Of a stretch of 64,000 bases of DNA, positions 10,405 through 20,528 are shown one piece after another. The notes under the pieces were generated by a model that was not told the DNA's origin, searched no databases, and saw nothing but the letters and a program-made list of their open reading frames with translations. Position numbers and translations under genes: made by a program. The stretch lies in assembly GCA_036504035.1 (NCBI GenBank), contig DASXVV010000009.1:577751-641750 (forward strand), read 5' to 3'. Source of the DNA: Candidatus Deferrimicrobiaceae bacterium (lineage in GTDB: Bacteria; Desulfobacterota; Deferrimicrobia; Deferrimicrobiales; Deferrimicrobiaceae). Numbering within the stretch: position 1 is the stretch's first letter; each line of letters opens with the position of its first letter.

Positions 10405-11667
10405 ATGGCAGCGGACAGCCCCGGAACCGCGTCTCCCGCGGCCGCGTCCCCGGACAACGGGAACGGCCCCCCGAAAGCCTCCCGGAAACGGGCGGCGCTC
10501 GCCACGTTCATGCTCGTCACGATTCTGGTGGTCGGGGTCGGGATCGCCTACTGGTGGTACAAGCAGACGCACATCGACACCGACGACGCCTTCGTCGACG
10601 GGCGCGTTTACGCCGTATCCGCCCGGATCCCGGGGACCGTCGCGCAGCTTTTGATCGACGACAACCAGCCGGTCAAAAAAGGCGACGTGCTCCTCCGGAT
10701 CGATGCCGAGCCGTACGCCGTCCGCGAATCGGGCGCGAAGGCCGGCATCGACATGGCCGCGGCCGAGATCGCCGCCGCGAATTCCGACGTCGCCGCCGCG
10801 AATTCCGACCTGTCCGCCGCCCGGCGCGACGTCGAGGCCGCGCGCCGCGACCGCGACGCCGCGGAATCGCAGCTGGCCCAGGCGCACACCGCCATCGATG
10901 CGGCCAAGGCCCGGGTCACGCTCTCCGCCGCGCAGCTCGCCCAGGCCGTCCGCGACGCCGATCGGGCCAAGGCGCTCTTCGGCCGGGGAGCCGTCAGCCG
11001 CGAGCGGAACGAGAAGGCGCAGACCGCGCTCGACGTCGCCCGGGCGCAGGATGCGCTGGCGAAGGAAGAGCAGCGGATCGCCGAAGCCGCCGTCCCGACG
11101 CAGCAGGCGATAGTGGCGCAGCGCGGCGCGATGATCTCGCAGAAGGAAGCGCGCGTCGTCCAGGTCCAGTCCGTGATCGCCCAGCGCCATTCGCGCGTGA
11201 CGCAGCAGGAGGCGGGAATCTCGCAGCGCCGGTCCGTGCTCACCGAGGCGAAGCTCAACCGGGGCTACACCGAGATCGTCTCCCCGGCCGACGGTTTCGT
11301 CACGCGAAGGAACGTCGAGGTGGGACAGGTCGTCGCCCCGGGGCAGTCGCTCCTGGCCGTGGCCGCGCTCGACAACCTGTGGATCGTCGCCAACTACAAG
11401 GAAACGCAGCTCGACAAGATCAAGCCGGGGCAGCGGGTGCGCATCGCGCCTGACAGCCGCCGCGGCCGCGAGTTCGCCGGAAGGGTCGACAGCATCATGG
11501 CCGGCACGGGATCGGCGTTCTCGCTCTTCCCGCCCGAGAACGCCACGGGCAACTACGTGAAGGTCGTCCAGCGCGTCCCCGTCAAGATCCTGCTCGACCC
11601 GGGGGAGGACCCCGGCCACCTGCTCCGGATCGGCATGTCGGTCGTTCCGACGGTGCTCGTGAAGTAG
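10405..11667 (+). CDS. EmrA/HlyD-family membrane fusion protein of a major-facilitator efflux system
   Basis: N-terminal transmembrane anchor, long coiled-coil region and C-terminal beta domain (LWIVANYKETQ...). Confidence 0.85.
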   Translation: MAADSPGTASPAAASPDNGNGPPKASRKRAALATFMLVTILVVGVGIAYWWYKQTHIDTDDAFVDGRVYAVSARIPGTVAQLLIDDNQPVKKGDVLLRIDAEPYAVRESGAKAGIDMAAAEIAAANSDVAAANSDLSAARRDVEAARRDRDAAESQLAQAHTAIDAAKARVTLSAAQLAQAVRDADRAKALFGRGAVSRERNEKAQTALDVARAQDALAKEEQRIAEAAVPTQQAIVAQRGAMISQKEARVVQVQSVIAQRHSRVTQQEAGISQRRSVLTEAKLNRGYTEIVSPADGFVTRRNVEVGQVVAPGQSLLAVAALDNLWIVANYKETQLDKIKPGQRVRIAPDSRRGREFAGRVDSIMAGTGSAFSLFPPENATGNYVKVVQRVPVKILLDPGEDPGHLLRIGMSVVPTVLVK

Positions 11668-11673
11668 CGTCCG

Positions 11674-13278
11674 ATGAACGGGGGCAACAAGGGGGGGAAC
11701 GGCCGCATCGGCAACGCCATCGGGGCGATGCAGGGCAACAAGTGGATCATCGCGCTGACGGTCATGCTGCCCACGCTGATCGAGATCATCGACACCAGCG
11801 TCGCCAACGTCTCGCTCGATCACATCCGCGGCTCCCTCTCGGCCGGCATCGACGAGTCCGCCTGGGTGCTCACCTCCTACCTCGTCTCGAACGCGGTCGT
11901 CATCCCGATGACCGGCTGGCTCGCCCGCACGTTCGGCCGGAAGCGCTACATGATCTTCTCGGTGTCCCTGTTCACCTTCGCGTCGCTCATGTGCGGCGCC
12001 GCGCAGTCGCTCAACATGCTCATCTTCTTTCGAGTGCTCCAGGGGATCGGCGGCGGCGGCCTCCAGCCGATGTCGCAGTCGGTGCTGCTCGAGACGTTCC
12101 CGCCGAAGGAGCACGGCATGGCCATGGCGCTCTTCGGGATCGGCGCGATGTTCGGCCCCATCGCAGGGCCGTTGATGGGCGGCTACATCACCGACATGAT
12201 GTCGTGGCGCTGGATCTTCTACATCAACATCCCGATCGGGCTGTTCGCCATCTTCATGGTCTCGATCTTCATCGAGGACCCGGCCTACATCCGCGACGCG
12301 GTCAAGACGAAGCCCGACCGCTGGGGCATCGCGCTGCTCGTCGTGTGGGTCGGCTCCCTCCAGATGATCCTCGACAAGGGGCAGCGCGAAGACTGGTTCC
12401 AGTCCGAGTTCATCCTGGTCCTGTCCGCGGTCGCCCTCCTCGCGCTCCTCGCCTTCGTCATGGTCGAGCTCTGGTTCGCCGAGCACCCGGTCGTCGACCT
12501 GCGCGTCTTCCGGAACGTCTCCTTCACCACCGGCAACGCGCTCATGTTCATCGCCTTCTTCAACCTGATGGGCAGCATCGTCCTGCTGCCGCTCTACGCC
12601 CAGATGCTGCTGGGCTACACGGCCACCCTCGCGGGATACGTGCTCTCGCCCGGCGGCGTCGCCACGCTCGTCTGCATGCCGATCACCGGCCGGCTGATCA
12701 CGAACCACAACCCGAAGTACATCCTCTTCTTGGGGATCGGCCTTTGCGCAGTCGCCACGCATCTCATGTCGCAGTTCACGCTGGGCGCCGACTTCGCCGC
12801 GCTCATGTGGCCGCGCATCGTCCTGGGATTCGGCATGGGCTTCCTCTTCATCCCGCTGACGACGCTGACGCTCTCCTCGATCCCCAAGCGCGAGATGGGC
12901 AACGCCACCTCGGCCTATAACCTGCTGCGCAACCTCGGCGGCTCGGTCGGCATCGCCTTTTCCACGACGATCTTCGGCCGTCGCGCCCAGCTCCACCAGG
13001 CGCACCTCACCGAGCACCTCACCTGGTTCGATCGCGGCTTCACCGAGGCGATCGCCCGGGGACGGATGCTGATGGGCCACGGGATGCCCGAGCTCGCGGC
13101 ATCCGCCGACAGGATGACGATGGGGCGCCTTTACGCCCAGGCGGTCCGTCAGGCGACGATGATGGGTTTCAACGACGCCTTCTGGATCCTGTCGATGCTG
13201 ATGTTCGGGATCCTCCCCCTGATCCTGCTGCTCAAGCGGCCCGCGCACCAGACCGGCGACCTGCCGCCCGCGCATTGA
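11674..13278 (+). CDS. EmrB/QacA (DHA2) family major-facilitator multidrug efflux permease, 14 transmembrane segments
   Basis: Motifs GWLARTFGRKR, LQGIGGGG and the overall DHA2 topology. Confidence 0.9.
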   Translation: MNGGNKGGNGRIGNAIGAMQGNKWIIALTVMLPTLIEIIDTSVANVSLDHIRGSLSAGIDESAWVLTSYLVSNAVVIPMTGWLARTFGRKRYMIFSVSLFTFASLMCGAAQSLNMLIFFRVLQGIGGGGLQPMSQSVLLETFPPKEHGMAMALFGIGAMFGPIAGPLMGGYITDMMSWRWIFYINIPIGLFAIFMVSIFIEDPAYIRDAVKTKPDRWGIALLVVWVGSLQMILDKGQREDWFQSEFILVLSAVALLALLAFVMVELWFAEHPVVDLRVFRNVSFTTGNALMFIAFFNLMGSIVLLPLYAQMLLGYTATLAGYVLSPGGVATLVCMPITGRLITNHNPKYILFLGIGLCAVATHLMSQFTLGADFAALMWPRIVLGFGMGFLFIPLTTLTLSSIPKREMGNATSAYNLLRNLGGSVGIAFSTTIFGRRAQLHQAHLTEHLTWFDRGFTEAIARGRMLMGHGMPELAASADRMTMGRLYAQAVRQATMMGFNDAFWILSMLMFGILPLILLLKRPAHQTGDLPPAH

Positions 13279-13367
13279 TCTCTCTGACGAAAGGATTTCG
13301 AATGTCGCCATCGATCCGGCGGGAAACGGTCTTGTCCCTTTCCGCCCGCCTGTTTGCAGAAAACCCG

Positions 13368-14642
13368 ATGAGGCGCGCCCTGTTTCGCACGATGACCGCC
13401 GTCCTCGCCCTCTCCGTGGCCGCAGGGACGGCATTCGCGGCCGCCCCGGAGGAATGGACGCTCGAGCAGGTGGTCGAGACCGCCCTTGCCAACCACCCGC
13501 TCATCGCGCAGGCCGACGCCGAGACCCGGGCGGCCCGGGGGCGGCAAACGCAGGCCGCCTCCGGCTTTTACCCCTCCGTCACCGGATCGGCCGGCCTGTT
13601 CCGGTCGCGCGCCTGGTCGCAGCTCGCGCAGCAGAGCACCACGATCAACAACCTGTCGCTTTCGGGGTCGCTCAATTACGTCATCAGCGATTTCGGCCGG
13701 ACCTCCGCTTCGGTCGGGCAGGCCGACGCGCTGCTTGCGGCTGCGAAATCGTCCGGCCGGCTGACGCGCAGCGACGTGGCGTTCGGCGCGCGCCTTGCCT
13801 ACATCAACGTCCTGCGCGCGCAACGCGTGCTCGACGTCCGCAACGAGACCGGCCACCAGCGGCAGGCGCTCCTGACGCAGGCCACGGCCTATTACGAGGC
13901 GGGATTGCGTGCCCGGATTGATGTCGCGCGCGCCGAGGCCAACCTGTACCAGGCCCGGGCAGAGCTGGCCGCCGCCGAAAACGACCTGCGCTTCGCGCGC
14001 GTGACGCTGCTCGAACGCATGGGGCTCGACGGGCCGCCTGAATTTACGCTGGCGGAGAGCCAGGTCACGCCCGACACGCCGCTCGGCTCGGTGGAAGAAT
14101 GGATGCGCGCCGCGGAGAAGAAACGGTCCGATTTGCGCGCCGCCGCCGACCGCGTCCAGGCGGCCGACGAGGCGCTGCGCCAGGCGCAGGCAGGATACAA
14201 CCCCGTGCTGACGGGAAGCGCCGGATACGGATACGGGGCCGACGACCTCCCCCTCCGGCAGAACTACGGCGTGGGGCTCCAGCTCAGCGTCCCTATTTTC
14301 AACGGCTACCTGACGCGGGGGCAGATCGCCGAGGCCGAGTCCCGGGGCGCCTCCGCGCGCTACGGGCTGGCGGCCTTGCAGCGGCAGGTGCGGCTTCAGG
14401 TCGAGCAGGTTTCGCTGGCGCTGCGCCTTTCAGTCGAGCAGATCCAGGCACGCAAGAAACAGCGCGACGCCGCCGAGGAAAATCTCCGGCTGGCGACGGG
14501 CCGCTATGAAGCGGGCGCGGGCGACATCATCGAGATGATCGACGCCCAGACGCAGGCGAGCGAGGCCGAGACCGCGCTCGTCGAAACCCGGTACGACTAC
14601 AACACCGCCCTCGCCTCGCTTTCGCGCGCGATCGGGGAATAA
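13368..14642 (+). CDS. TolC-family outer membrane efflux protein (partner of the EmrAB-like pump)
   Basis: Signal peptide MRRALFRTMTAVLALSVAAGTAFAA, then two outer-membrane-efflux repeats with coiled-coil heptads. Confidence 0.8.
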   Translation: MRRALFRTMTAVLALSVAAGTAFAAAPEEWTLEQVVETALANHPLIAQADAETRAARGRQTQAASGFYPSVTGSAGLFRSRAWSQLAQQSTTINNLSLSGSLNYVISDFGRTSASVGQADALLAAAKSSGRLTRSDVAFGARLAYINVLRAQRVLDVRNETGHQRQALLTQATAYYEAGLRARIDVARAEANLYQARAELAAAENDLRFARVTLLERMGLDGPPEFTLAESQVTPDTPLGSVEEWMRAAEKKRSDLRAAADRVQAADEALRQAQAGYNPVLTGSAGYGYGADDLPLRQNYGVGLQLSVPIFNGYLTRGQIAEAESRGASARYGLAALQRQVRLQVEQVSLALRLSVEQIQARKKQRDAAEENLRLATGRYEAGAGDIIEMIDAQTQASEAETALVETRYDYNTALASLSRAIGE

Positions 14643-14644
14643 GC

Positions 14645-15910
14645 ATGAGATCCCACAGGAGACCTGTTCCGATGCCCATGACCCTGGCGCGACGCGCCGC
14701 GCTGCTCGTCCCGATCATCGTCCTTCTTGCCGCCGCCGGGTGCGGCGCCAAGAAGGCGGAAGCCCCGAAGGGGGGCACGGCCAAGACACCCCCGGCGCCC
14801 GTCACGGTGCTGGTCGAGGCGGCGCGCCGTACCCCGATCACGCGCAAGGTCGAGTTCGTCGGGACGCTGGCCGGCGTCGACCAGGTGACGCTCGCTTCCG
14901 AGGTCGACGGTACCGTCCAGAGGGTGAACGCCGACCTCGGCGACCCGGTGCGCCGGGGGCAGACGCTGCTCACGATCGTTCCCGACGAGTTCCGCTTCCG
15001 TCAGGAGCAAGCCAAGGCCGACGCCGACCAGACCGCGGCCAAGCTGGGCATCGCGCCCGACGCCGTGGGCGTCGACATCGACCGGACGTCGCTGGTGCGG
15101 AAGGCGCAGGCCGACTACGCCAACGCGAAGACCGACTATGAGCGGCGCAAGGGGCTCGTCGAGAAGAAGCTGATCGCGCGCAAGGAGCTCGACGACGCCG
15201 AGGCGCGGCTGCTGATGGCCGAGGCCAACGTGGCGGCGGCGCGCGAGGAGGCCAACACCCAGCTCGCGACGCTGCGCGGCAAGCGGGCGCAGGCTCAGCT
15301 TGCCGCCAAGAAGGTGCGCGATACCGAGGTGCGCTCCCCCATCGACGGGTCGGTCGAGGCGAAGCTCGTGTCCGCGGGCGAATACGTCAAGACCGGCGCC
15401 CCGCTCTTCCGGGTCGTCAACGACCGGCCGGTCAAGATGGTGGGCGACGTGCCCGAATATTACGCGGTGCAGGTGCGGCGCGGCCAGACCGTCGAACTTA
15501 CAGTCGACGGGCAACCGGGGCGCGTGTTCCGGGGGACGCTCTCCCGCGTCTCCCCCTCCTCGAACGTCGCCAACCGGGCGGTCCAGGTCGAGGTGCTCTT
15601 CCCCAATGCCGGGCACGAGCTGAAACCGGGCTTCTTCGGGAAGGGGGCCGTCCTGATCCGGACCGATCCCAACGGCGTGACCGTCCCGAAGGAGGCGATG
15701 GTCACCTTCGCCGGCGTCGACAAGCTGTTCGTCGTCGAAGGGGGCAAGGCGGTCGAGCGGAAGGTCAAGCCGGGCGACGACCTGGGCGCCCGCGTCGAGA
15801 TCGCCGAGGGCTTGCGGGCCGGCGAGTCCGTGGCGATCACCAATACCGGCAAGCTGTTCACGGGCGCCCCGGTCGTGGTTTCGGCCGGAACGGGGAAAGC
15901 CGCCCGATGA
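14645..15910 (+). CDS. RND efflux periplasmic adaptor (AcrA/HlyD family lipoprotein)
   Basis: Lipobox LLAAAGC, followed by biotinyl-lipoyl, beta-barrel and membrane-proximal domains. Confidence 0.85.
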   Translation: MRSHRRPVPMPMTLARRAALLVPIIVLLAAAGCGAKKAEAPKGGTAKTPPAPVTVLVEAARRTPITRKVEFVGTLAGVDQVTLASEVDGTVQRVNADLGDPVRRGQTLLTIVPDEFRFRQEQAKADADQTAAKLGIAPDAVGVDIDRTSLVRKAQADYANAKTDYERRKGLVEKKLIARKELDDAEARLLMAEANVAAAREEANTQLATLRGKRAQAQLAAKKVRDTEVRSPIDGSVEAKLVSAGEYVKTGAPLFRVVNDRPVKMVGDVPEYYAVQVRRGQTVELTVDGQPGRVFRGTLSRVSPSSNVANRAVQVEVLFPNAGHELKPGFFGKGAVLIRTDPNGVTVPKEAMVTFAGVDKLFVVEGGKAVERKVKPGDDLGARVEIAEGLRAGESVAITNTGKLFTGAPVVVSAGTGKAAR

Positions 15911-18900
15911 AGATCTCGGAGGTCTGCGTCCGCCGCCCCGTCTTCGCCACCATGCTGGCGGCAGTGCTCATCGTCCTGGGCGCCGTCTCCTATTACAAGC
16001 TGGGCGTCGACCAGCTTCCCAACGTCGACATCCCGACGGTGACGGTCACGACGACGCTCAAAGGCGCAAGCCCCGAGGAGATCGAGACCAGCGTCACCAA
16101 GCCGGTCGAGGAAGCGGTCAACACGATCTCGGGGATCGACGAGCTGCGCTCCACGTCGCGCGAGGGCGTCTCGGTCGTCACCATCCGCTTCCTGCTCGAG
16201 CGCGACGGCCAGCAGGCGGCTCAGGACGTCCGCGACAAGGTGGGCGTCGTCGTCAAGAAGCTACCCGACGGCACCGACCCGCCGGTCATCGTCAAGTTCG
16301 ACATCGATTCGGCCCCCGTCATGACCGTCGCCGTCTCGGCCAACCGCGAGATGAAGGAACTGACGCAGATCGCCGACGAGCAGATCAAGCAGAACATCGA
16401 GTCGGTCAGCGGCGTCGGCGCGGTCAACATCGTCGGCGGGCGCGCGCGAGCGGTCAACGTCTATGTCGACCCGGCCCGCATCGAGGGGTACGGCCTCTCG
16501 ATCCCGCAGGTCAAGGCGGCGCTCCAGGCGCAGAACATCGAGGTCCCCGGCGGTCGCGTCGACGCGGGGAACCGGGAGCTCGTGCTGCGCACGATGGGCC
16601 GGATGCCCAAGGTGCCCGACTTCGAGCAGCTCATCGTCGCCAACATCGGCGGACGCCCCATCTTCCTGCGCGACATCGGGCGGGTCGAGAACGGCGAGGT
16701 CGAGGCGCGTTCGCTGGCCCGGCTCGACGGCGTGCCGTGCGTCAACCTGGTCATCCAGAAGCAGTCCGGCACCAACACCATCGAGGTGATCCGGCGCGTC
16801 AAGGATCGGATCGCGGCGATCGGGAAGACGCTGCCGCCCGACATCAAGGTCGATCCGATCCGCGACCAGTCCACCTTCATCCTCCGCTCGATCGACGAGG
16901 TCAAGCTGCACCTCATCCTCGGCGCGTTGCTGACCTCCTTCGTCGTGCTCGCCTTCATGGGCGACTGGCGCTCCACGCTCATCGCCTCGGTGGCGATCCC
17001 CACGTCGCTCATCGGCACCTTCACCGTGATCCGGATGCTCGGCTTCACGCTCAACAACATGACGCTGCTGGGGTTGACGCTCGCCGTCGGCATCGTCATC
17101 GACGACGCCATCGTCGTGCTCGAAAATATCTTCCGCCACGTCGAGGAGAAGGGCGAACCGCCGATGTCGGCCGCGATTACGGGGACCGCCGAGATCGGGC
17201 TGGCCGTCTCCGCCACCACCCTTTCGCTCGTCGTCATCTTCCTGCCGCTCGCCTTCATGTACGGCATCGTCGGCCGATTCTTCAATTCCTACGGCATCAC
17301 CGTGGCCGTCGCGATCCTCATCTCGTGGTTCGTCTCGTTCACGCTGACGCCGATGCTCTCCTCCCGCTTCCTGAAGGTGAAGCACGAAAAGGGCGCGAAG
17401 AAATCATCCGAAGGGTTCTTCCACCGGACCACGACCACGGGATACATCGGGATCCTGAAGGTCGCACTCTGTCACCGCTGGGTCGTCGTCGTCCTCGCGG
17501 TCGCGGTGCTCCTCGCCATCAAGCCGCTGGCGGGCGCCATCGGGAAGGACTTCATGCCCTTCGACGACCAGAGCGAATTCGAGGTCTACATCCAGTCTCC
17601 GGAAGGGTACACGCTCGATGCGGTGCAGCAGACCTACCGGGAGGTCGAGGCCGACCTGAAGAAGGTCCGCGGCGTCGAGCACCTGCTCACCTCGATCGGC
17701 AATGTGGCCGAAGGGGACGTGACGCAGGGCACGATCTACGTCCGGCTCGTCGATCTCGAAAAGCGGAAGTTCACGCAGTTCGACGTGATGAAGGACGTTC
17801 GCAAGCTGATGGCGAAATATCCTGCGCTGCGCGTGTCGGTCCAGAACATCAGCGGGGTCAGCATGGGGGGCGGGCGCCAGGCGCAGCTCACCTTCACGGT
17901 GAGCGGACCCGACCTCGACAAGCTGATGGAATACGGCGACAAGATCACGGAGCAGATGCGGAAGATCAAGGGATTCGTCGACGTCGACACGACGCTGTCG
18001 AACCGGAAGCCCGAGCTGCGCGTCTACGTCGACCGGAAGAAGGCGTCCGACCTGGGCGTCCAGGTGGCGCACGTCGCCTCGTCGCTCAACGTCTTCGTCG
18101 GCGGGGAGCAGGTGTCAAAGTACAAGGAGGGAGCCGACCAGTACGACGTCTGGCTCCGGGCCGACCTCGCTTCCCGCGACACCGCCGGGGCGGTCGCTAA
18201 CCTGCCCGTCCCCTCGCTCACCCAGGGCAAGGTACGCGTCCGCGACGTGGCGTCTTTGGCCCGGGAGCTGGGGCCCGCCCAGATCGACCGGACGATGCGG
18301 CAGCGCCAGGTCACCCTGGTCGCCAACCTCGACGGGCTCGCGCTGGGCACCGCCACCGAGAACGTACAGGCGATCATCCAGTCGCTCAACCTGCCGCCGC
18401 AGTACACCGTCCAGTTCTTCGGGCGCGCCAAGACGATGGCCGAGACGCTTTCGAACTTCCTCATCGCGCTGCTGCTCTCGATCGTCTTCATGTATATCGT
18501 GCTGGCCGCGCAGTTCGAGAGTTTCCTGCACCCGATCACGATCATGCTGGCGCTGCCGATCTCGATCCCGTTCGCGCTCTTCTCGCTGCTGGTGCTGGGC
18601 GAGACACTCAACATCTACAGCATCATGGGGCTCTTCATGCTGTTCGGGATCGTCAAGAAGAACGGCATCCTGCAGGTCGACTACACCAACACGTTGCGCG
18701 CCCGGGGAATGGAGCGGAATCAAGCCATCCTTGAAGCCAACGCCGCACGCCTGCGGCCGATCCTCATGACGACCGTCACGCTGATCGCCGCGATGGTCCC
18801 CATCGCGCTGGGCAAGGGCCCGGGCGCCGCCTCGCGCGCCTCGATGGCGAAGGTCATCATCGGCGGGCAGGCGCTCTGCCTGCTGCTCACGCTGGTGCTG

Positions 18901-18999
18901 ACCCCGGTCGCCTACTCGCTGTTCGACGACCTGGGCAACCTGGCCTTCATGAAGCGGTTGCGGGACATGGTGGGGAATTTCCGCGATCGGTTGACATAA
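15907..18999 (+). CDS. RND (AcrB/HAE1-type) inner-membrane efflux permease
   Basis: 1030 aa; N-terminus MKISEVCVRRPVFATMLAAVLIVLG...; two large periplasmic loops with 12-transmembrane-segment architecture. Its start overlaps the adaptor stop as ATGA. Confidence 0.95.
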   Translation: MKISEVCVRRPVFATMLAAVLIVLGAVSYYKLGVDQLPNVDIPTVTVTTTLKGASPEEIETSVTKPVEEAVNTISGIDELRSTSREGVSVVTIRFLLERDGQQAAQDVRDKVGVVVKKLPDGTDPPVIVKFDIDSAPVMTVAVSANREMKELTQIADEQIKQNIESVSGVGAVNIVGGRARAVNVYVDPARIEGYGLSIPQVKAALQAQNIEVPGGRVDAGNRELVLRTMGRMPKVPDFEQLIVANIGGRPIFLRDIGRVENGEVEARSLARLDGVPCVNLVIQKQSGTNTIEVIRRVKDRIAAIGKTLPPDIKVDPIRDQSTFILRSIDEVKLHLILGALLTSFVVLAFMGDWRSTLIASVAIPTSLIGTFTVIRMLGFTLNNMTLLGLTLAVGIVIDDAIVVLENIFRHVEEKGEPPMSAAITGTAEIGLAVSATTLSLVVIFLPLAFMYGIVGRFFNSYGITVAVAILISWFVSFTLTPMLSSRFLKVKHEKGAKKSSEGFFHRTTTTGYIGILKVALCHRWVVVVLAVAVLLAIKPLAGAIGKDFMPFDDQSEFEVYIQSPEGYTLDAVQQTYREVEADLKKVRGVEHLLTSIGNVAEGDVTQGTIYVRLVDLEKRKFTQFDVMKDVRKLMAKYPALRVSVQNISGVSMGGGRQAQLTFTVSGPDLDKLMEYGDKITEQMRKIKGFVDVDTTLSNRKPELRVYVDRKKASDLGVQVAHVASSLNVFVGGEQVSKYKEGADQYDVWLRADLASRDTAGAVANLPVPSLTQGKVRVRDVASLARELGPAQIDRTMRQRQVTLVANLDGLALGTATENVQAIIQSLNLPPQYTVQFFGRAKTMAETLSNFLIALLLSIVFMYIVLAAQFESFLHPITIMLALPISIPFALFSLLVLGETLNIYSIMGLFMLFGIVKKNGILQVDYTNTLRARGMERNQAILEANAARLRPILMTTVTLIAAMVPIALGKGPGAASRASMAKVIIGGQALCLLLTLVLTPVAYSLFDDLGNLAFMKRLRDMVGNFRDRLT

Positions 19000-19040
19000 A
19001 GGCATATGTAATACATCATATATGCGGGAGGGCGGATACC

Positions 19041-19265
19041 ATGAAACGGACGACCATCTTTGCCGACGAATATCTGCTCGACGACCTTAAAAGTCTGGCG
19101 CGGCGCAGCCACAGCAGCGTCGCATCGGTCGTGCGCGAGGCGCTCGAAAAATATGTCGCCGAGAACCGCGGGAACGTCTCCGCCTCGCCTTCGTTCATCG
19201 GCATCGGCGAGAGCAGCGACGGCACGGTTGCCGAGCGCCACGAAGAGCTGCTTTGGCGAAAATAA
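19041..19265 (+). CDS. vapB: Antitoxin VapB (ribbon-helix-helix/CopG-like)
   Basis: 74 aa. It overlaps the PIN-domain gene by 13 nt, and an AT-rich palindrome lies upstream at 19000-19030. Confidence 0.65.
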   Translation: MKRTTIFADEYLLDDLKSLARRSHSSVASVVREALEKYVAENRGNVSASPSFIGIGESSDGTVAERHEELLWRK

Positions 19266-19690
19266 GTCGGATCGCCTCGCCTGTGGTCGTCGATACGGGC
19301 ATCATCTATGCCCTGGCCGATCGACGCGACTCGTGGCACGAGCGCGCCGTCTCGTTCGTCCGCTCGTTCGAGGGGCGCCTGGTCGTTCCCGTCACCGTCG
19401 TTCCCGAGGCCTGCTACCTGCTCAACCGACACCTGTTTCCAGACGCGGAGAAAGCCTTCATCCGGTCGATGGTCAACCGTGAAATGCATCTCGAACCGGT
19501 GGACGAGGCCGATATGACGCGCGCCCTGGAACTGCTCGACCGCTACCGGGATGCCGACATCGGCCTGGTGGACGCCTCGGTGGTCGCTGTGGCCGAACGA
19601 CTCAAGACAACGCGCATCCTCACCACCGACCGGCTGCACTTTTCCCTGATCCGGTCACAGCATTGCGAAATTTTCGAACTGCTCCCGTAA
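19253..19690 (+). CDS. vapC: PIN-domain ribonuclease toxin VapC
   Basis: VVDTGIIYAL (first Asp), ...DASVVAVAERL...TTD acidic residues spaced as in PIN domains. Confidence 0.75.
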   Translation: MAKISRIASPVVVDTGIIYALADRRDSWHERAVSFVRSFEGRLVVPVTVVPEACYLLNRHLFPDAEKAFIRSMVNREMHLEPVDEADMTRALELLDRYRDADIGLVDASVVAVAERLKTTRILTTDRLHFSLIRSQHCEIFELLP

Positions 19691-19703
19691 GGTCCGAAAA
19701 CGA

Positions 19704-20477
19704 TCACCGCGCCGGAGTGGTCGATGAAAACGCCTCTACGAACGCGCGGATCCGGGCGGCGTTCTTGCCGACGTCGCTCTTGCCGACCCGCGAGACCGAA
19801 CGCAGGTCTATCCGGCTTCCGGTGCCCCCGCCGCCCGGCGCTACGCGGATCACCACGTCATCCTTGAAGCCGAACCATCGGGTGGTGTCGGTCGCCTCGA
19901 TCCGGCCTTCCGCGGCATTGGCGTCCGCGATCTGCCAGCCCAGCTTCCGGACCGCATCAAGCGCCTGCTCGAAGGCCTTGGCGGGAGGGATGTCCCGCGC
20001 GATCGGCCGGATGTCGGGGTAGGCTGCCCGCTGCTTCCCGGCGACCTCGGGACCTCCATATTCGGCGCCGTTGGGCGCGGTCTTGCGGGTGGCGAGCAGG
20101 GCGACGAACTGCGGGGGGTTTTCCGTGTCGGTCGTGATGTCGTGGATCATCGGGACGTGTTTCGCGGTCCAGTAATAACTTCCGGGGAGGGCGATCGCCA
20201 GGATCCCCAGGATGATGCCCGTGACCGCCATCGCATCCCCCCATTTCCGGTCCCGCCGACCGCCCGTCAGCAGGGCGACCCCCGACAGGACAGCTCCCGC
20301 CCCGCCAAGCCAGGCAGCCCGGCCGAGCACCGTGAAACCGGTCCGGAAGGTCCACCATCCCAGGCGTGTCCCCTCGCCCGCACCCGCTTCGGACAGGATC
20401 GCGGCCACGGAAACCGCAAATCCGGCCACGAACAGGAAACCGAATTTCGACCGCACCGGCTTTTCGGATATCCTCAT
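19704..20477 (-). CDS. Membrane-anchored DUF1499-domain protein
   Basis: Two to three N-terminal transmembrane helices; C-terminal RIDLRSVSRVGKSDVGKNAARIRAF matches the DUF1499 signature (RSaSRvGySDlGvN). Confidence 0.65.
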   Translation of the reverse strand: MRISEKPVRSKFGFLFVAGFAVSVAAILSEAGAGEGTRLGWWTFRTGFTVLGRAAWLGGAGAVLSGVALLTGGRRDRKWGDAMAVTGIILGILAIALPGSYYWTAKHVPMIHDITTDTENPPQFVALLATRKTAPNGAEYGGPEVAGKQRAAYPDIRPIARDIPPAKAFEQALDAVRKLGWQIADANAAEGRIEATDTTRWFGFKDDVVIRVAPGGGGTGSRIDLRSVSRVGKSDVGKNAARIRAFVEAFSSTTPAR

Positions 20478-20528
20478 TGCGTTTCCCCCCTTTCCGCTTC
20501 GTTAGACCGAAGCAGAGGGGAAACGGTT

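Noticed and set aside
10378-13434. 1018-aa minus-strand ORF
   Set aside because: It is antisense to the EmrA- and EmrB-like genes, which have clear family signatures. Its translation is Arg/Asp/Gly-rich with no domains.
16261-18614. Minus-strand ORFs (374, 274, 222, 196 and 296 aa) inside the RND permease gene
   Set aside because: They are antisense to the AcrB-family ORF.
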